A program made the position numbers and the translations under genes. Under the pieces are notes generated by a model. It did no database searches. It was given only the letters and a program-made list of their open reading frames with translations, and was not told the DNA's origin. Shown one piece after another: positions 25,063 to 34,268 of a DNA stretch of 34,973 bases; position 1 is the stretch's first letter; each line of letters opens with the position of its first letter. Source of the stretch: a virus. Its lineage: Duplodnaviria; Caudoviricetes. The stretch is from positions 1 to 34,973 of the IMG/VR virus record IMGVR_UViG_3300020403_000039; one strand, written 5' to 3'.

Positions 25063-25482
25063 TTAGTCGTATCCTACCCCTTCTAAATAACCGATAAATG
25101 TACACGTAACCGTGCTTACTCCGGGATAAACGCTCTGCACGCTTGGCGGATTTGAGTAGCGCCACTTGGTTGCAGTTCCTTGTTGGCTCATTTCTTGCGC
25201 TAGGCCCGTACTTGTTACACCGGCCATCGGACCAGACGTGCTGCTGATAATGAAAGTGGCGTTGTTGTAATCCCCATTTACCGACGCGTAGTGCTGCACA
25301 ATTTGTAGTGCTTCAGCGTCACTGATGTTTCTGAAGGTCAGCTGTAGGCGGTGGCCGACTTGGTTTGCACCAAAGCGGACAATCGACCTCGCTCCATTCA
25401 GTGCTAGAAACTCGGTCTCTGGGTATTCGCCTGGGGAATAGGACCGGCTGCTGGGAGTAATACTTGGGAATGCCGCTGCCAT
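25063..25482 (-). CDS. Minor tail protein (distal-tail-like)
   Basis: FPSITPSSRSY.PG...LQLTF.N...WRY..PP; position in the tail tip cluster. Confidence 0.65.
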   Translation of the reverse strand: MAAAFPSITPSSRSYSPGEYPETEFLALNGARSIVRFGANQVGHRLQLTFRNISDAEALQIVQHYASVNGDYNNATFIISSTSGPMAGVTSTGLAQEMSQQGTATKWRYSNPPSVQSVYPGVSTVTCTFIGYLEGVGYD

Positions 25483-28400
25483 CAGCCTGTTTCCTCTCTG
25501 AAATCATCTATACCCCAATCTAAAACTGCTAACGAACCTGAGCTTGTGCGTGGTACGTAGCTTCCGGCTACTTCGATAAGACCGTCTTCGCCGTAAGTAA
25601 TGCTTTCGGCTTTATACGTGCGGCGCACTGGATTTGATTGCGGGTCTCGTGTAAACACAGAGCCGTGAGCAAAACTCTCCCGTACCACTCCATCCGTAAC
25701 GTTGATTGTGTCTGTGTATAAAGCATCCGTTCCAGGCTTCCAGTAAACGATGTCTAGGCTGCCGTTCTCAATGTCGACGCCGTTGATGTAGCCGTTTTTG
25801 TCGATGGAGCCGTTTCTCAGGCGTTCACCCGAATCCGTTCCAGTCGTTGGGTGAGAAACGGTGGTGACGAGATCGAAGTAGTCACCTGGTTCGAGGGTTA
25901 ATGCGGACTGTGGTGTGGTCTCAAATTTCACGCCGTGATCCACAAGGGTTCTAGTTTTCAAGGCGTACTTGGCAAACTTCGCTGCGTGCTCTTGGCTTGT
26001 GCAGAACTGAGACATGTCAAAAGTCTCTTCAGGGTCATCTTCACTGCCGCCTGCGTGTCTTTCGAGCCGTACCACCAGAACACGTTTATCGGGAAAACCG
26101 TCAAGCTCGTCTCTTCGCCAGATGCACACCGCTTTAAACGGTTGGCGCTCTTCCGGTGACAGGAAGCTTGTTTGCAGACCTCTGATGTTTCCGTCGGTGA
26201 ACAGAGTTTTGATTTCGCCGCCTATGTCTTTTGTGTAGTCAATTTCGCCGCTGTTCTTGAATGGAACGTCAGGATAAAGGCTGAACTTGCCGCCTTTAAC
26301 GATAAAGCTCAACATGCAGAAGGCTGACTGTTCAAAAATCCATTGACGGATGTTCAAGCGCTCTGCAATAACGCCATCCCAGTAGAAGTTGTTTGCGGTG
26401 CAGAACTTGGCGGCTTTAGCCATGCTCTCTCTATCTATTTGATTACTGGGGTCGCCTGAGCTACTTGTTAAAAACGCACCAGCGCCGTATTTCGTGTTTG
26501 TAAGTAAGTCGTATGCGATGTCGGGGACTGTTGAGATCGTGCCAAAAGTTCTGTCGGCTTTAGTGCCGACAATCCCCTCGCGGAAAAATGCAGAAACTTG
26601 GCTAAAGGTTGACCACTCTTTGCCACTTGCAAGACGAAGCCCTGCGTAGGCTAAGTCTTCATATTGAGGCTCATTCACATCGTCAACAATTTCGTTTAAA
26701 TTAACGATTTCGTGTTCGGGTTGTTGTTGCGCTGATGTGTCTTCTGCGTCGTAAACCACATAGTCCTGGATAGCGTCATTTACACGCAGGTTGTTTTGAG
26801 AAACGTCTTTATTGACAAAAATTTGAACGCTTACAGGATTGGTTTGCGAGCTAGTGAATGTAAGGTTGATAGTTTCACCGTCTCGATAACCCGTACCAGG
26901 ATTTTTAATTGACCAGTGCGATGCGCCGTCAGGCCACTGGAATGTAAACAGCTCTAGACCGGTTCCGCTGCCTCCAGTAATGTTGCCTCCGGCTACGCTA
27001 ATTACCTCTTCAATGCTTGGCTTCTCTTGGAGAGTACGTCTTTCTCTAATAATTGATTTGAGGTTTGGTGACCCACCTACGGTCTGAGTGCCAATGGTGT
27101 ACTTGTAGTCACCATTAAAGACTACGTTGTTGTCTGACGAACCTACAGGATCGTTTGCGTCTCCCCAGTAAAAGTTGTTATCTGTGCCAAAAACAGATGA
27201 TACGTAGTATTCAGCGGCTACATCAAGCCGCTCTTCTGGCTCAACGTAGGTAATGTCTAAATTCGGTAAAAGGCCGTCGTTACCTACGCCCTCCGTAGCG
27301 CTAAAACTGAGTACGCCGCCTGTTTCAACAATGTTTGGTGGAAGCCCAAGAACCCACTCAAGGTTGCTGGATATAACTTGGTTTAATGTTATTGGGCGGC
27401 CAATTATTTGAACTTTTATTTGGCTACCGTCAGGTAAACTGCTGCCGTGAATTGTTGTTTTTTGCTCGCTATTTGAAACGGCATCCAGCAAGTAAGCTTC
27501 AATTCCTTCATTACGAAAGTAAAGTTCTAAAGCTGCGCCGGAAACTGGGTAGAGGCGAAACTCGAATTCGCCATCAGGATGGTTGACGCTAATTGTGTTG
27601 TATTGCGGCTCTGGCGTACGTCCCAAAACACAGAGCCACGCGGGGTATTGCCCATTGGTATTTAGGATTTGGGTAAAATCTTTAGTCGTACCAGCGCGCC
27701 TGACCCCTAGGGAGAATACACTTATGCGCTTGTTGAAAAGCTGCATAGAGCCCAGCGAGAACTGGGTTCCGTCTTCTTGGAAGTCTTGAATTACGTCGTC
27801 GTCTACTCGGCTGTTGACATTCGCAAAACCGTTGATCCGTCGAAAAACGGTTGATTTAAGAAGAATGTCGGTGCGGTGGCATCGCCTGTTATTAGTGACC
27901 GTGCCGATTGCTGCGCGTTGGACTGTAGTTCTCGCACCAGGTTCGTCTGTGCCCTCGATAGGTCCACACATAACATTGCCGCCGGGTTCGACGACTCGGA
28001 AGTATGCCCGTACAGGGTTTGGAGATTCGGGGTACCACGGTGAATTGTCTTTTTGGTAGCAAACGCAAAGTGCATCGCCGATCATGTAACTATCACCGAC
28101 CGCTAAAGCTGCATCGGCGTCATAACGTGTTCGGTCTTGCGCTTGAATAATATCTTGCGCTCCGTTGGATTCAAAAGTGTCGCCGGTGTATTTATTCGTT
28201 CCAATCACATACGTGATGATGTCTCCTTTTTGCACAACCCTTGGGTTTGGGTCAACATCGTAGCTTACGCCAGCTACGGTTTCGACGTGGCAGTAGCGGG
28301 GAAATTCCGCTGCAATTTTTCTGGCTTTTGCTCTGACTTCGTCTTTTGAGTCGCTGCTTGCATCGTCGTAAACAAGAGTTACTTGGTACGGAACTTTGTA

Positions 28401-29249
28401 CCGCATACCGTTAGGCAGCGGTGAATAAAGGCCGAATTGCGCTTGTGTTGCAGGTGTTCGTGCGCCGCTAAATGAAGGAACAGATTCGCCACTGAAATCA
28501 ATAACCTCAAAAGGTTGCTGCGACCCCGGCAGGACCGGCATCAAGCTTTCGCTATACCTGTTTTGAGTTTTGTTTATCCTGCCGCCGTCTTGTCGGTAAA
28601 ACAGTTCAATTTTTCCTTTGTTGTAGTTATTAAGCAGGGATTCGCCGATTGCGTAACTTGCAAACGTTGGTGCCTTACCTGGTTCTTCGCCTATTTTTCC
28701 ATGGCCGAAAAGCAGCAGAGCACGCAGTTCTTGGTATCGGCCTTTGCTGAGCATGTGACTCCACAGCAAAGTGGAATTGACACGCGCTCCACCGCCGACG
28801 TACTGGCCCTGGTTAAACCTTGAGTTGCAGTAAATCAGCGGGATAATGTCGCCTAAATTTGCAAGGTTCTGCAGTGAGTCAAAACCTGCGGTCGGTAGAT
28901 ACTTATCTCTGCCGTTGAGGTCAGGTGTCCTGATAGAGCCCGGTGCTTTGGACTGCCCAGGTACTGAAGGCCTAAGTAAGAGACTCAGCGCCGTGGACGC
29001 CAAGCCAATAACTAGAGAAATAATTGCAACAGTTAGACCACCATCCCCTGCTCTTATATCTGGAATAAGTTCGTATTCTTTGCCGCGTTCCTTTGACTCA
29101 TGAAGTAGGTCAACAAATGTCCAGTAATCATCTGCTGTGATGCCTAGCGCTTCACAAAGCTGGACTTCTGACGGGAGTAGTACACTTCGACGACCTCCAG
29201 GAGTCCGATGGGACTCCATTTCACCGCCGACTCGACGTAGCTCAGCCAT
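25482..29249 (-). CDS. Tail tip / host-specificity protein (lambda J-like)
   Basis: About 1250 aa after NlpC/P60; DIIPLIY, DLLTN..YGAG and LEPGD motifs. Start may be ATG 29219. Confidence 0.8.
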   Translation of the reverse strand: MAELRRVGGEMESHRTPGGRRSVLLPSEVQLCEALGITADDYWTFVDLLHESKERGKEYELIPDIRAGDGGLTVAIISLVIGLASTALSLLLRPSVPGQSKAPGSIRTPDLNGRDKYLPTAGFDSLQNLANLGDIIPLIYCNSRFNQGQYVGGGARVNSTLLWSHMLSKGRYQELRALLLFGHGKIGEEPGKAPTFASYAIGESLLNNYNKGKIELFYRQDGGRINKTQNRYSESLMPVLPGSQQPFEVIDFSGESVPSFSGARTPATQAQFGLYSPLPNGMRYKVPYQVTLVYDDASSDSKDEVRAKARKIAAEFPRYCHVETVAGVSYDVDPNPRVVQKGDIITYVIGTNKYTGDTFESNGAQDIIQAQDRTRYDADAALAVGDSYMIGDALCVCYQKDNSPWYPESPNPVRAYFRVVEPGGNVMCGPIEGTDEPGARTTVQRAAIGTVTNNRRCHRTDILLKSTVFRRINGFANVNSRVDDDVIQDFQEDGTQFSLGSMQLFNKRISVFSLGVRRAGTTKDFTQILNTNGQYPAWLCVLGRTPEPQYNTISVNHPDGEFEFRLYPVSGAALELYFRNEGIEAYLLDAVSNSEQKTTIHGSSLPDGSQIKVQIIGRPITLNQVISSNLEWVLGLPPNIVETGGVLSFSATEGVGNDGLLPNLDITYVEPEERLDVAAEYYVSSVFGTDNNFYWGDANDPVGSSDNNVVFNGDYKYTIGTQTVGGSPNLKSIIRERRTLQEKPSIEEVISVAGGNITGGSGTGLELFTFQWPDGASHWSIKNPGTGYRDGETINLTFTSSQTNPVSVQIFVNKDVSQNNLRVNDAIQDYVVYDAEDTSAQQQPEHEIVNLNEIVDDVNEPQYEDLAYAGLRLASGKEWSTFSQVSAFFREGIVGTKADRTFGTISTVPDIAYDLLTNTKYGAGAFLTSSSGDPSNQIDRESMAKAAKFCTANNFYWDGVIAERLNIRQWIFEQSAFCMLSFIVKGGKFSLYPDVPFKNSGEIDYTKDIGGEIKTLFTDGNIRGLQTSFLSPEERQPFKAVCIWRRDELDGFPDKRVLVVRLERHAGGSEDDPEETFDMSQFCTSQEHAAKFAKYALKTRTLVDHGVKFETTPQSALTLEPGDYFDLVTTVSHPTTGTDSGERLRNGSIDKNGYINGVDIENGSLDIVYWKPGTDALYTDTINVTDGVVRESFAHGSVFTRDPQSNPVRRTYKAESITYGEDGLIEVAGSYVPRTSSGSLAVLDWGIDDFREETG

Positions 29250-29542
29250 CCGCCTTCAAAGTAAACCGCCATGGCATAGCTCCCATCAGCAGCCTTGCAT
29301 AGCGCAACTGAACCGATTGTAGGCGTGTCTATAACATCACCCCATTTGTGTAGCTCTTCCTTGAATACTGCAGTATCACCTCGTCGCAACCTTCGGTACC
29401 AGTCACGTTCTCTTTTTGGGGTTTCGTAGCCGTACCAGTTCAAAACCTGCATTGCCAAACCGATGCAGTCGGTTGCACCGTGTTTGTCCCAGGTGGCGCC
29501 TAAGCGGTACTTGCCACCAATAAGTTCATAAGGAGTCTTCAC
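29144..29542 (-). CDS. NlpC/P60-like tail assembly protein (lambda K-like)
   Basis: YRLGA....GATDCIGL motif and position. Confidence 0.75.
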   Translation of the reverse strand: MKTPYELIGGKYRLGATWDKHGATDCIGLAMQVLNWYGYETPKRERDWYRRLRRGDTAVFKEELHKWGDVIDTPTIGSVALCKAADGSYAMAVYFEGGWLSYVESAVKWSPIGLLEVVEVYYSRQKSSFVKR

Positions 29543-29979
29543 CTACTGCTGATTGCTGCAGAAATAGGAAGCTCCCCAACCATGGCCTGAGTCAGTACAC
29601 GCCTAGGTGTTGTCACACCAACGGCGTCGATTGCGCTGGAAAGTACGACTTCGATTGTCTCTGCGTCGTAAGACATCCCAGTAACGATCCAGGTTTCTTG
29701 GGTGAGTCTTCTGGTGATTGATGTGAAATCAGAGTTCATTACGCATGTTTCGACTGTGACTGCGGCTTTGTCGGCAACCGCCTGTCGTACAGCGTTCATA
29801 CTGATCTGGTTCGCCGATAGGACGATGGCGGCTTCGAGGTTGTCGCCGTTTCGGTTTTTTGCTGCGCCTTGGTAGTAGAACGACAAGTACCCGTGGCCGT
29901 TAATCGAACCACCGATTTTGCCGTTCTGGTATTTGTCGCCTTCGACGTCGATGAATGTCGTTATTGCGGTGAGTGTCAT
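29539..29979 (-). CDS. Minor tail protein (lambda L position)
   Basis: Coupled to the tape measure gene; LSSAIDAVG..PRRVLT..VGELP. Confidence 0.65.
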   Translation of the reverse strand: MTLTAITTFIDVEGDKYQNGKIGGSINGHGYLSFYYQGAAKNRNGDNLEAAIVLSANQISMNAVRQAVADKAAVTVETCVMNSDFTSITRRLTQETWIVTGMSYDAETIEVVLSSAIDAVGVTTPRRVLTQAMVGELPISAAISSR

Positions 29980-32900
29980 CGCATTCCGATCCGGCTACGT
30001 TGCGACCTGCTGTTTTGCAGTGATTTCATCGTATTCGACTGACCCATCTGCGCACCACGCTTTGCAGATATAGCGCCCATTTCTCGGACTTGGTCGACTG
30101 TTGCGTACTCAACGCCGTTGATGACCGTGGTTTCCAGGCGGAATGTTGGGGTTGAGTCTGCGGTGTTCCCGCTGTTGTAGCGACTCATAAGATCACGGGA
30201 TTCAGAGTTACTAAGAATCATTCCAGGGCGATCGGGCATAAATAGCTCAGGCCCGCGCTCACCGACGATGCTTACCCTACCCATCGGTGGGCGGCCACCA
30301 TCAGCGAAGAAACTCATCCCCATGGTGCTGGGAACTGACGCCTTTGGAATACTCCAGCCGCCTGGTGCTCCACCACCTCCAAGCAGCTCACCACCACCCA
30401 TGCCGGCAAAGGCGCGGGCGATGCCGATGGCGATGTACTGCGCAATCATGGTTGCTGCTTGATCAATGAGCGCTTTGCCCATAGCTTTAAGCATGTCAGC
30501 AAATGCCTCTTCCGCTGACTTAGTTCCTTCAATAAGTCCCACCAAACCTTCAGTTAGGCCGTTGACGAAAGCGTTTACGGGACCTTGAACTAGTTCCAAT
30601 GTTTGATTGAATTTAAGCTGAGCTTGTTCGGCTGCAGCAATTTGCGGCAACATTCTTTCGTAGACACCGCGCTGACGTTCCAGGAGTTTTATTTTGGCTG
30701 CGGCTTCTATTTGGGCATCCTCACTGCCGTCTTTTTCAAGGGCTTTTTGAATTTCTAGTTGATCATTTATTTTTTGTATAGCGTTTGCATAGCGGTTTGC
30801 TTGTTTGGCTTCTAGTTGGTTTTGCTCGTCTAAGAAACGATCGCCAGTTGGTAAAGACAGGCCGGCTAGTTCTTGTCCCAAGCTGCGCTCTAAGTTGTCG
30901 ATTTGCTGCCGTCCTTTAATGCCTGTAATTTCTTTTTCAAGTTCTAAGCGTTCTTCGTCCAGTTCTTTTAGTTGATACAAAATGCTAAATTCTTTGTCAA
31001 GGTTTTTAAGTTTGAGTTCTTTAATTCGTTGGTCTTCCGTACCAAGCTCGATTTCTTTACGCTTAAGCTGTAGTAGGTCATCTAAGCGGTCCTTTTCAAT
31101 GCCTAGTTTCTCAATTTTATTGGCCCCAATAGTAATAAGTTTGGTGTTTAGTTCGAACTCTTTTGCTTTCAAACCTGCGATTGTTTTTTGGACTTTTGCT
31201 TCTTCATCAACACCCGCTTTTGGTGGTTTGTAGTTAGCTGCACGGTTACGAATAGCAGCAAGTTCTTTTTCATAAGTAAGTCTTGCATCCTCTAGTTCTT
31301 CGCGCAGAACACCAATCTTAATTTCGTCAATAGCGTACTGGTTGTATAACTGTTGTTCTTTGTTGATTCTGCGCTGGAAGGCTAGTTTTTTCTCTAAAGC
31401 AATGCGAGTCTCGTCATTAGCTTTAGCGTTGAGAAGTTCGATTTCAAGTTCAATGCGCTTTTCGGAAACTGTGCCTCGAATCTGACGAAGCTTAATACCG
31501 TCAAATTCCGCAAGAGTAGCGCGGACCTTTTCTTCGCGCGCAGCTTCAGCGTTAAGTTTGATTTGTGCAGCAATAATTTCTTGGATAATCTTTTCTCGTT
31601 CCTTGACTTTTGCTAAAGGGTCAGTTCCTGTTCCGAAGCCGACGCCTGCTTGCTCAAAACGTTCAAAACGAGCTTGTTGTTCCGCATCACCAGAGTTACG
31701 AGCTTGGTTAATAAGATTGGCACGTCCCAGTTGGTCGGCTATGGCTTTGAATAGCCCAACGCTGTTGATGACCTGGGCGACTGATGAAGCCATTAAGGTC
31801 ATTGCCTTGGCAAATTCGTTGCCTAGGCGTGTGCTGTCTTCGCCGAATTCTTTGAGAGCGTCGACGCCCTCTTGACCAATAAGGTCAGCCATTCTTTGGG
31901 TGGCTATTGAGAGGGCTAAAGCCTCGCGACCCGAATTCTCAAGACGCTCCACAAGAGAAGCAAAAGGAGTATTTGTTGCTCCAAGGGCTTCTACGAGCTT
32001 AGTAGTGTCGGCGGTGGCGGGATTAAGGGCTGCACCAAGTTCGCCGATACTTCGGATGTAGTCGTCGACTGCTTGTCCGATTGCGCCGCCGACAATCTGA
32101 CCCCCAAAGCCGCTACCTACAAACGATCCAGCGGCTGAACCAAGGACTGAACCCGCTCCGCCGCCAAAAAGTAACGGAAAACCAACGCCAAGAGCAATAC
32201 TTTCTGCCCGTTTCTGCCTTTCTCTATCTGCTGCTTTTTGTTGATCAGCGAGTTTTTTAATTCTTTTTTGCTCAAGTCTGTATATAGCTGCATTCTGCTT
32301 GACTTTTAAAGAGTTGATACTCTTAGTAAAGTTTTGATCAAGGTTCCCAGCGAGTTTAGTAAGTCGTACTCTTTCTTTGTACGCAGCTACGCCTTTTTCA
32401 TTTCCTGGACCAAAAACAGGTGATTTTAACTTTTGAGTGGATGCTACGGCTTCTTGAAGGCTGGCATTTACAATATCGAAGATTTTTGGAAGTTTATTTG
32501 CTTCGTTGGCTCCGTTTTTCAGGCCATTGACAAAATTAGCGACTTCTTGATTGGTGTAATCAAGGTCTTTCCCTAGTTGGTCACTAACTGACCGAATGCG
32601 CTTAATACCGCGAGTTGCAGCATCAAGCATTTCGCTGCTTGGAAGAGCCAGCGGCTGTTGATCAATGGCTACCTTGGGACGTCGTGCCAGCTCCCTGGCT
32701 ACTTTTTGTTGGTTGCGTCGAATGGACTTAGCAACAGGATCCCTAGCAGCAAAACCTGTGCCTGCACGAGAAGCACGGCTTTCTTCGACGTTTTGGCGGA
32801 TTCGCTGTTGCTGGGCAGTTAGCTCGTCGTAAATCCGCTTCCGTGCGCGGAGTTCATTGTTTACATTCTTTTCTGCTTCAATTAGACGTACTGTCTCTTG

Positions 32901-33611
32901 TCTAAACTCTTCTGCAGTGCTGTCCATTTCATCTAAGGACTTTTTGGCTTCCTTGAGTTCTTGTTTAAGGAAGCTCAGTGACCCTGAACCTTTTGCAAGC
33001 TCAATAAGACCTTTTCTAGTTATCTCAAACTTCTCGTTTAAAGAATTAAATGCAACAAGACCGTCGGCAGTAACAGAACTAACTAGATTTTTAAAGCTGT
33101 TTTTAAAACTAAAAATGTCCGCAGTGGCTTGCTTAATTGCAGGCGCAAACGCAAAAAGAGATGCAGTGGCAAGTCCGATACCTGCAGCAGTTGCCGGTGC
33201 AGATGAAGCAAAGTCAAGTAAAGCTGCGCCTAGTTTTCCTGCAGGACCAACAGCTTGCTCTAAAGAACCTCCAAAAGAATTGAGGGCTGCAGTTACCTTT
33301 CCAAACCCTGGTCCTAAATTGTTAATACCTTGAAGCGCTTGGGCTAACTTTTCAGCACCGCCAGCACCTGCAGCAAGAGCTGTGCTAATACCGCCGATAG
33401 CAGCGGTCGGTTTGATTCGTTCAAGACTCCTACCGATTGCGTCAACACGTTTTTCAAAACCCTTTAATTCTCTTGTTCCTTTTGCAACAGCGCCGATCTC
33501 TACATTATTGGCAGTGTTTTGCAGTCCTTGAAGTTTGCGCTCAATCCTCTTTACAGCCTTATCTACTTCAGTTTCGACAAGCCTGACGATAATATCGGCG
33601 TTATATGCCAC
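29976..33611 (-). CDS. Tape measure protein
   Basis: 1211 aa helical with Gly-rich hydrophobic stretches; C-terminal FADGG...VGERGPELF; follows the chaperones. Confidence 0.92.
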   Translation of the reverse strand: MAYNADIIVRLVETEVDKAVKRIERKLQGLQNTANNVEIGAVAKGTRELKGFEKRVDAIGRSLERIKPTAAIGGISTALAAGAGGAEKLAQALQGINNLGPGFGKVTAALNSFGGSLEQAVGPAGKLGAALLDFASSAPATAAGIGLATASLFAFAPAIKQATADIFSFKNSFKNLVSSVTADGLVAFNSLNEKFEITRKGLIELAKGSGSLSFLKQELKEAKKSLDEMDSTAEEFRQETVRLIEAEKNVNNELRARKRIYDELTAQQQRIRQNVEESRASRAGTGFAARDPVAKSIRRNQQKVARELARRPKVAIDQQPLALPSSEMLDAATRGIKRIRSVSDQLGKDLDYTNQEVANFVNGLKNGANEANKLPKIFDIVNASLQEAVASTQKLKSPVFGPGNEKGVAAYKERVRLTKLAGNLDQNFTKSINSLKVKQNAAIYRLEQKRIKKLADQQKAADRERQKRAESIALGVGFPLLFGGGAGSVLGSAAGSFVGSGFGGQIVGGAIGQAVDDYIRSIGELGAALNPATADTTKLVEALGATNTPFASLVERLENSGREALALSIATQRMADLIGQEGVDALKEFGEDSTRLGNEFAKAMTLMASSVAQVINSVGLFKAIADQLGRANLINQARNSGDAEQQARFERFEQAGVGFGTGTDPLAKVKEREKIIQEIIAAQIKLNAEAAREEKVRATLAEFDGIKLRQIRGTVSEKRIELEIELLNAKANDETRIALEKKLAFQRRINKEQQLYNQYAIDEIKIGVLREELEDARLTYEKELAAIRNRAANYKPPKAGVDEEAKVQKTIAGLKAKEFELNTKLITIGANKIEKLGIEKDRLDDLLQLKRKEIELGTEDQRIKELKLKNLDKEFSILYQLKELDEERLELEKEITGIKGRQQIDNLERSLGQELAGLSLPTGDRFLDEQNQLEAKQANRYANAIQKINDQLEIQKALEKDGSEDAQIEAAAKIKLLERQRGVYERMLPQIAAAEQAQLKFNQTLELVQGPVNAFVNGLTEGLVGLIEGTKSAEEAFADMLKAMGKALIDQAATMIAQYIAIGIARAFAGMGGGELLGGGGAPGGWSIPKASVPSTMGMSFFADGGRPPMGRVSIVGERGPELFMPDRPGMILSNSESRDLMSRYNSGNTADSTPTFRLETTVINGVEYATVDQVREMGAISAKRGAQMGQSNTMKSLQNSRSQRSRIGMR

Positions 33612-33641
33612 GGCTGCCGAAGATCAAATGCTCTATACACT

Positions 33642-34174
33642 TTAGCGACGGCGTTTGGCCTTCTCCATCGCTTTTTCTTGGTCTTCGTTTAGTACAGAAA
33701 AGTAGGCGCTCCAGCCCAACAACTCCTCGGGAGTCATAGTGGACCGTACTTGGGAAAGACTCATGCCTAGTTCTTTGGCTACGCCGAACTGAAGCATGAG
33801 CCAGTTGTCTTTCCTTAGCTGAGCGCTCAGGATTTTGGGTCCATGTCGACGTTGTCGTCGTCGGTCAAAACGCCCAGCATCAGTTGCTGCAAGTCTTTGT
33901 CTTTGACTTCGTGCTTAAGGACGTCGATTTCACCAGGGGAAAACATCTTGTTGCCGTTCTCGTCCTGTGCTTTAGCAATCAGCAGTTGTAGTGCAAAAGC
34001 GTTGGCATCGTCAGACTTTGCATTCTTTTGAGCACGCTCGCGCTCTGCCATGGTCAGCGGCGTTACGTACATTTCGAATGTCGTTCCATCCGAAAGCTCG
34101 ACTTTTCTTTTGACTGGTTCGAGGTTGGCTGCCTTACGGAGTTTGTCGATTGCACGCAGATTGCTGGCGGGCAT
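33642..34174 (-). CDS. Tail assembly chaperone, -1 frameshift product (gpGT-like)
   Basis: C CCA AAA heptamer at 33839-33833; -1 frame reads ILSAQLRKDNWLMLQFGVAKELGMSL...MTPEELLGWSAYF...KRRR*. Confidence 0.8.
33827..34174 (-). CDS. Tail assembly chaperone (gpG-like)
   Basis: Lies between major tail and tape measure genes; PLTMAER..DENG.KMF. Confidence 0.85.
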   Translation of the reverse strand: MPASNLRAIDKLRKAANLEPVKRKVELSDGTTFEMYVTPLTMAERERAQKNAKSDDANAFALQLLIAKAQDENGNKMFSPGEIDVLKHEVKDKDLQQLMLGVLTDDDNVDMDPKS

Positions 34175-34213
34175 TTGAATTACAGATGTATGCGTTTAAT
34201 GTAGCGGACTAGC

Positions 34214-34243
34214 AATAAAAAAGCCCCGGCGGATAACCGGGGC
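34214..34243 (-). terminator. Rho-independent terminator after major tail gene
   Basis: GCCCCGG-7-CCGGGGC followed by TTTTTTATT. Confidence 0.85.
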
Positions 34244-34268
34244 GTTCGTTTGTGTGGTTTGTACCTTA

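Noticed and set aside
19727-33333. Numerous antisense or alternate-frame ORFs in fibre, tip and tape measure genes
   Set aside because: Explained by codon bias of the long minus-strand genes.
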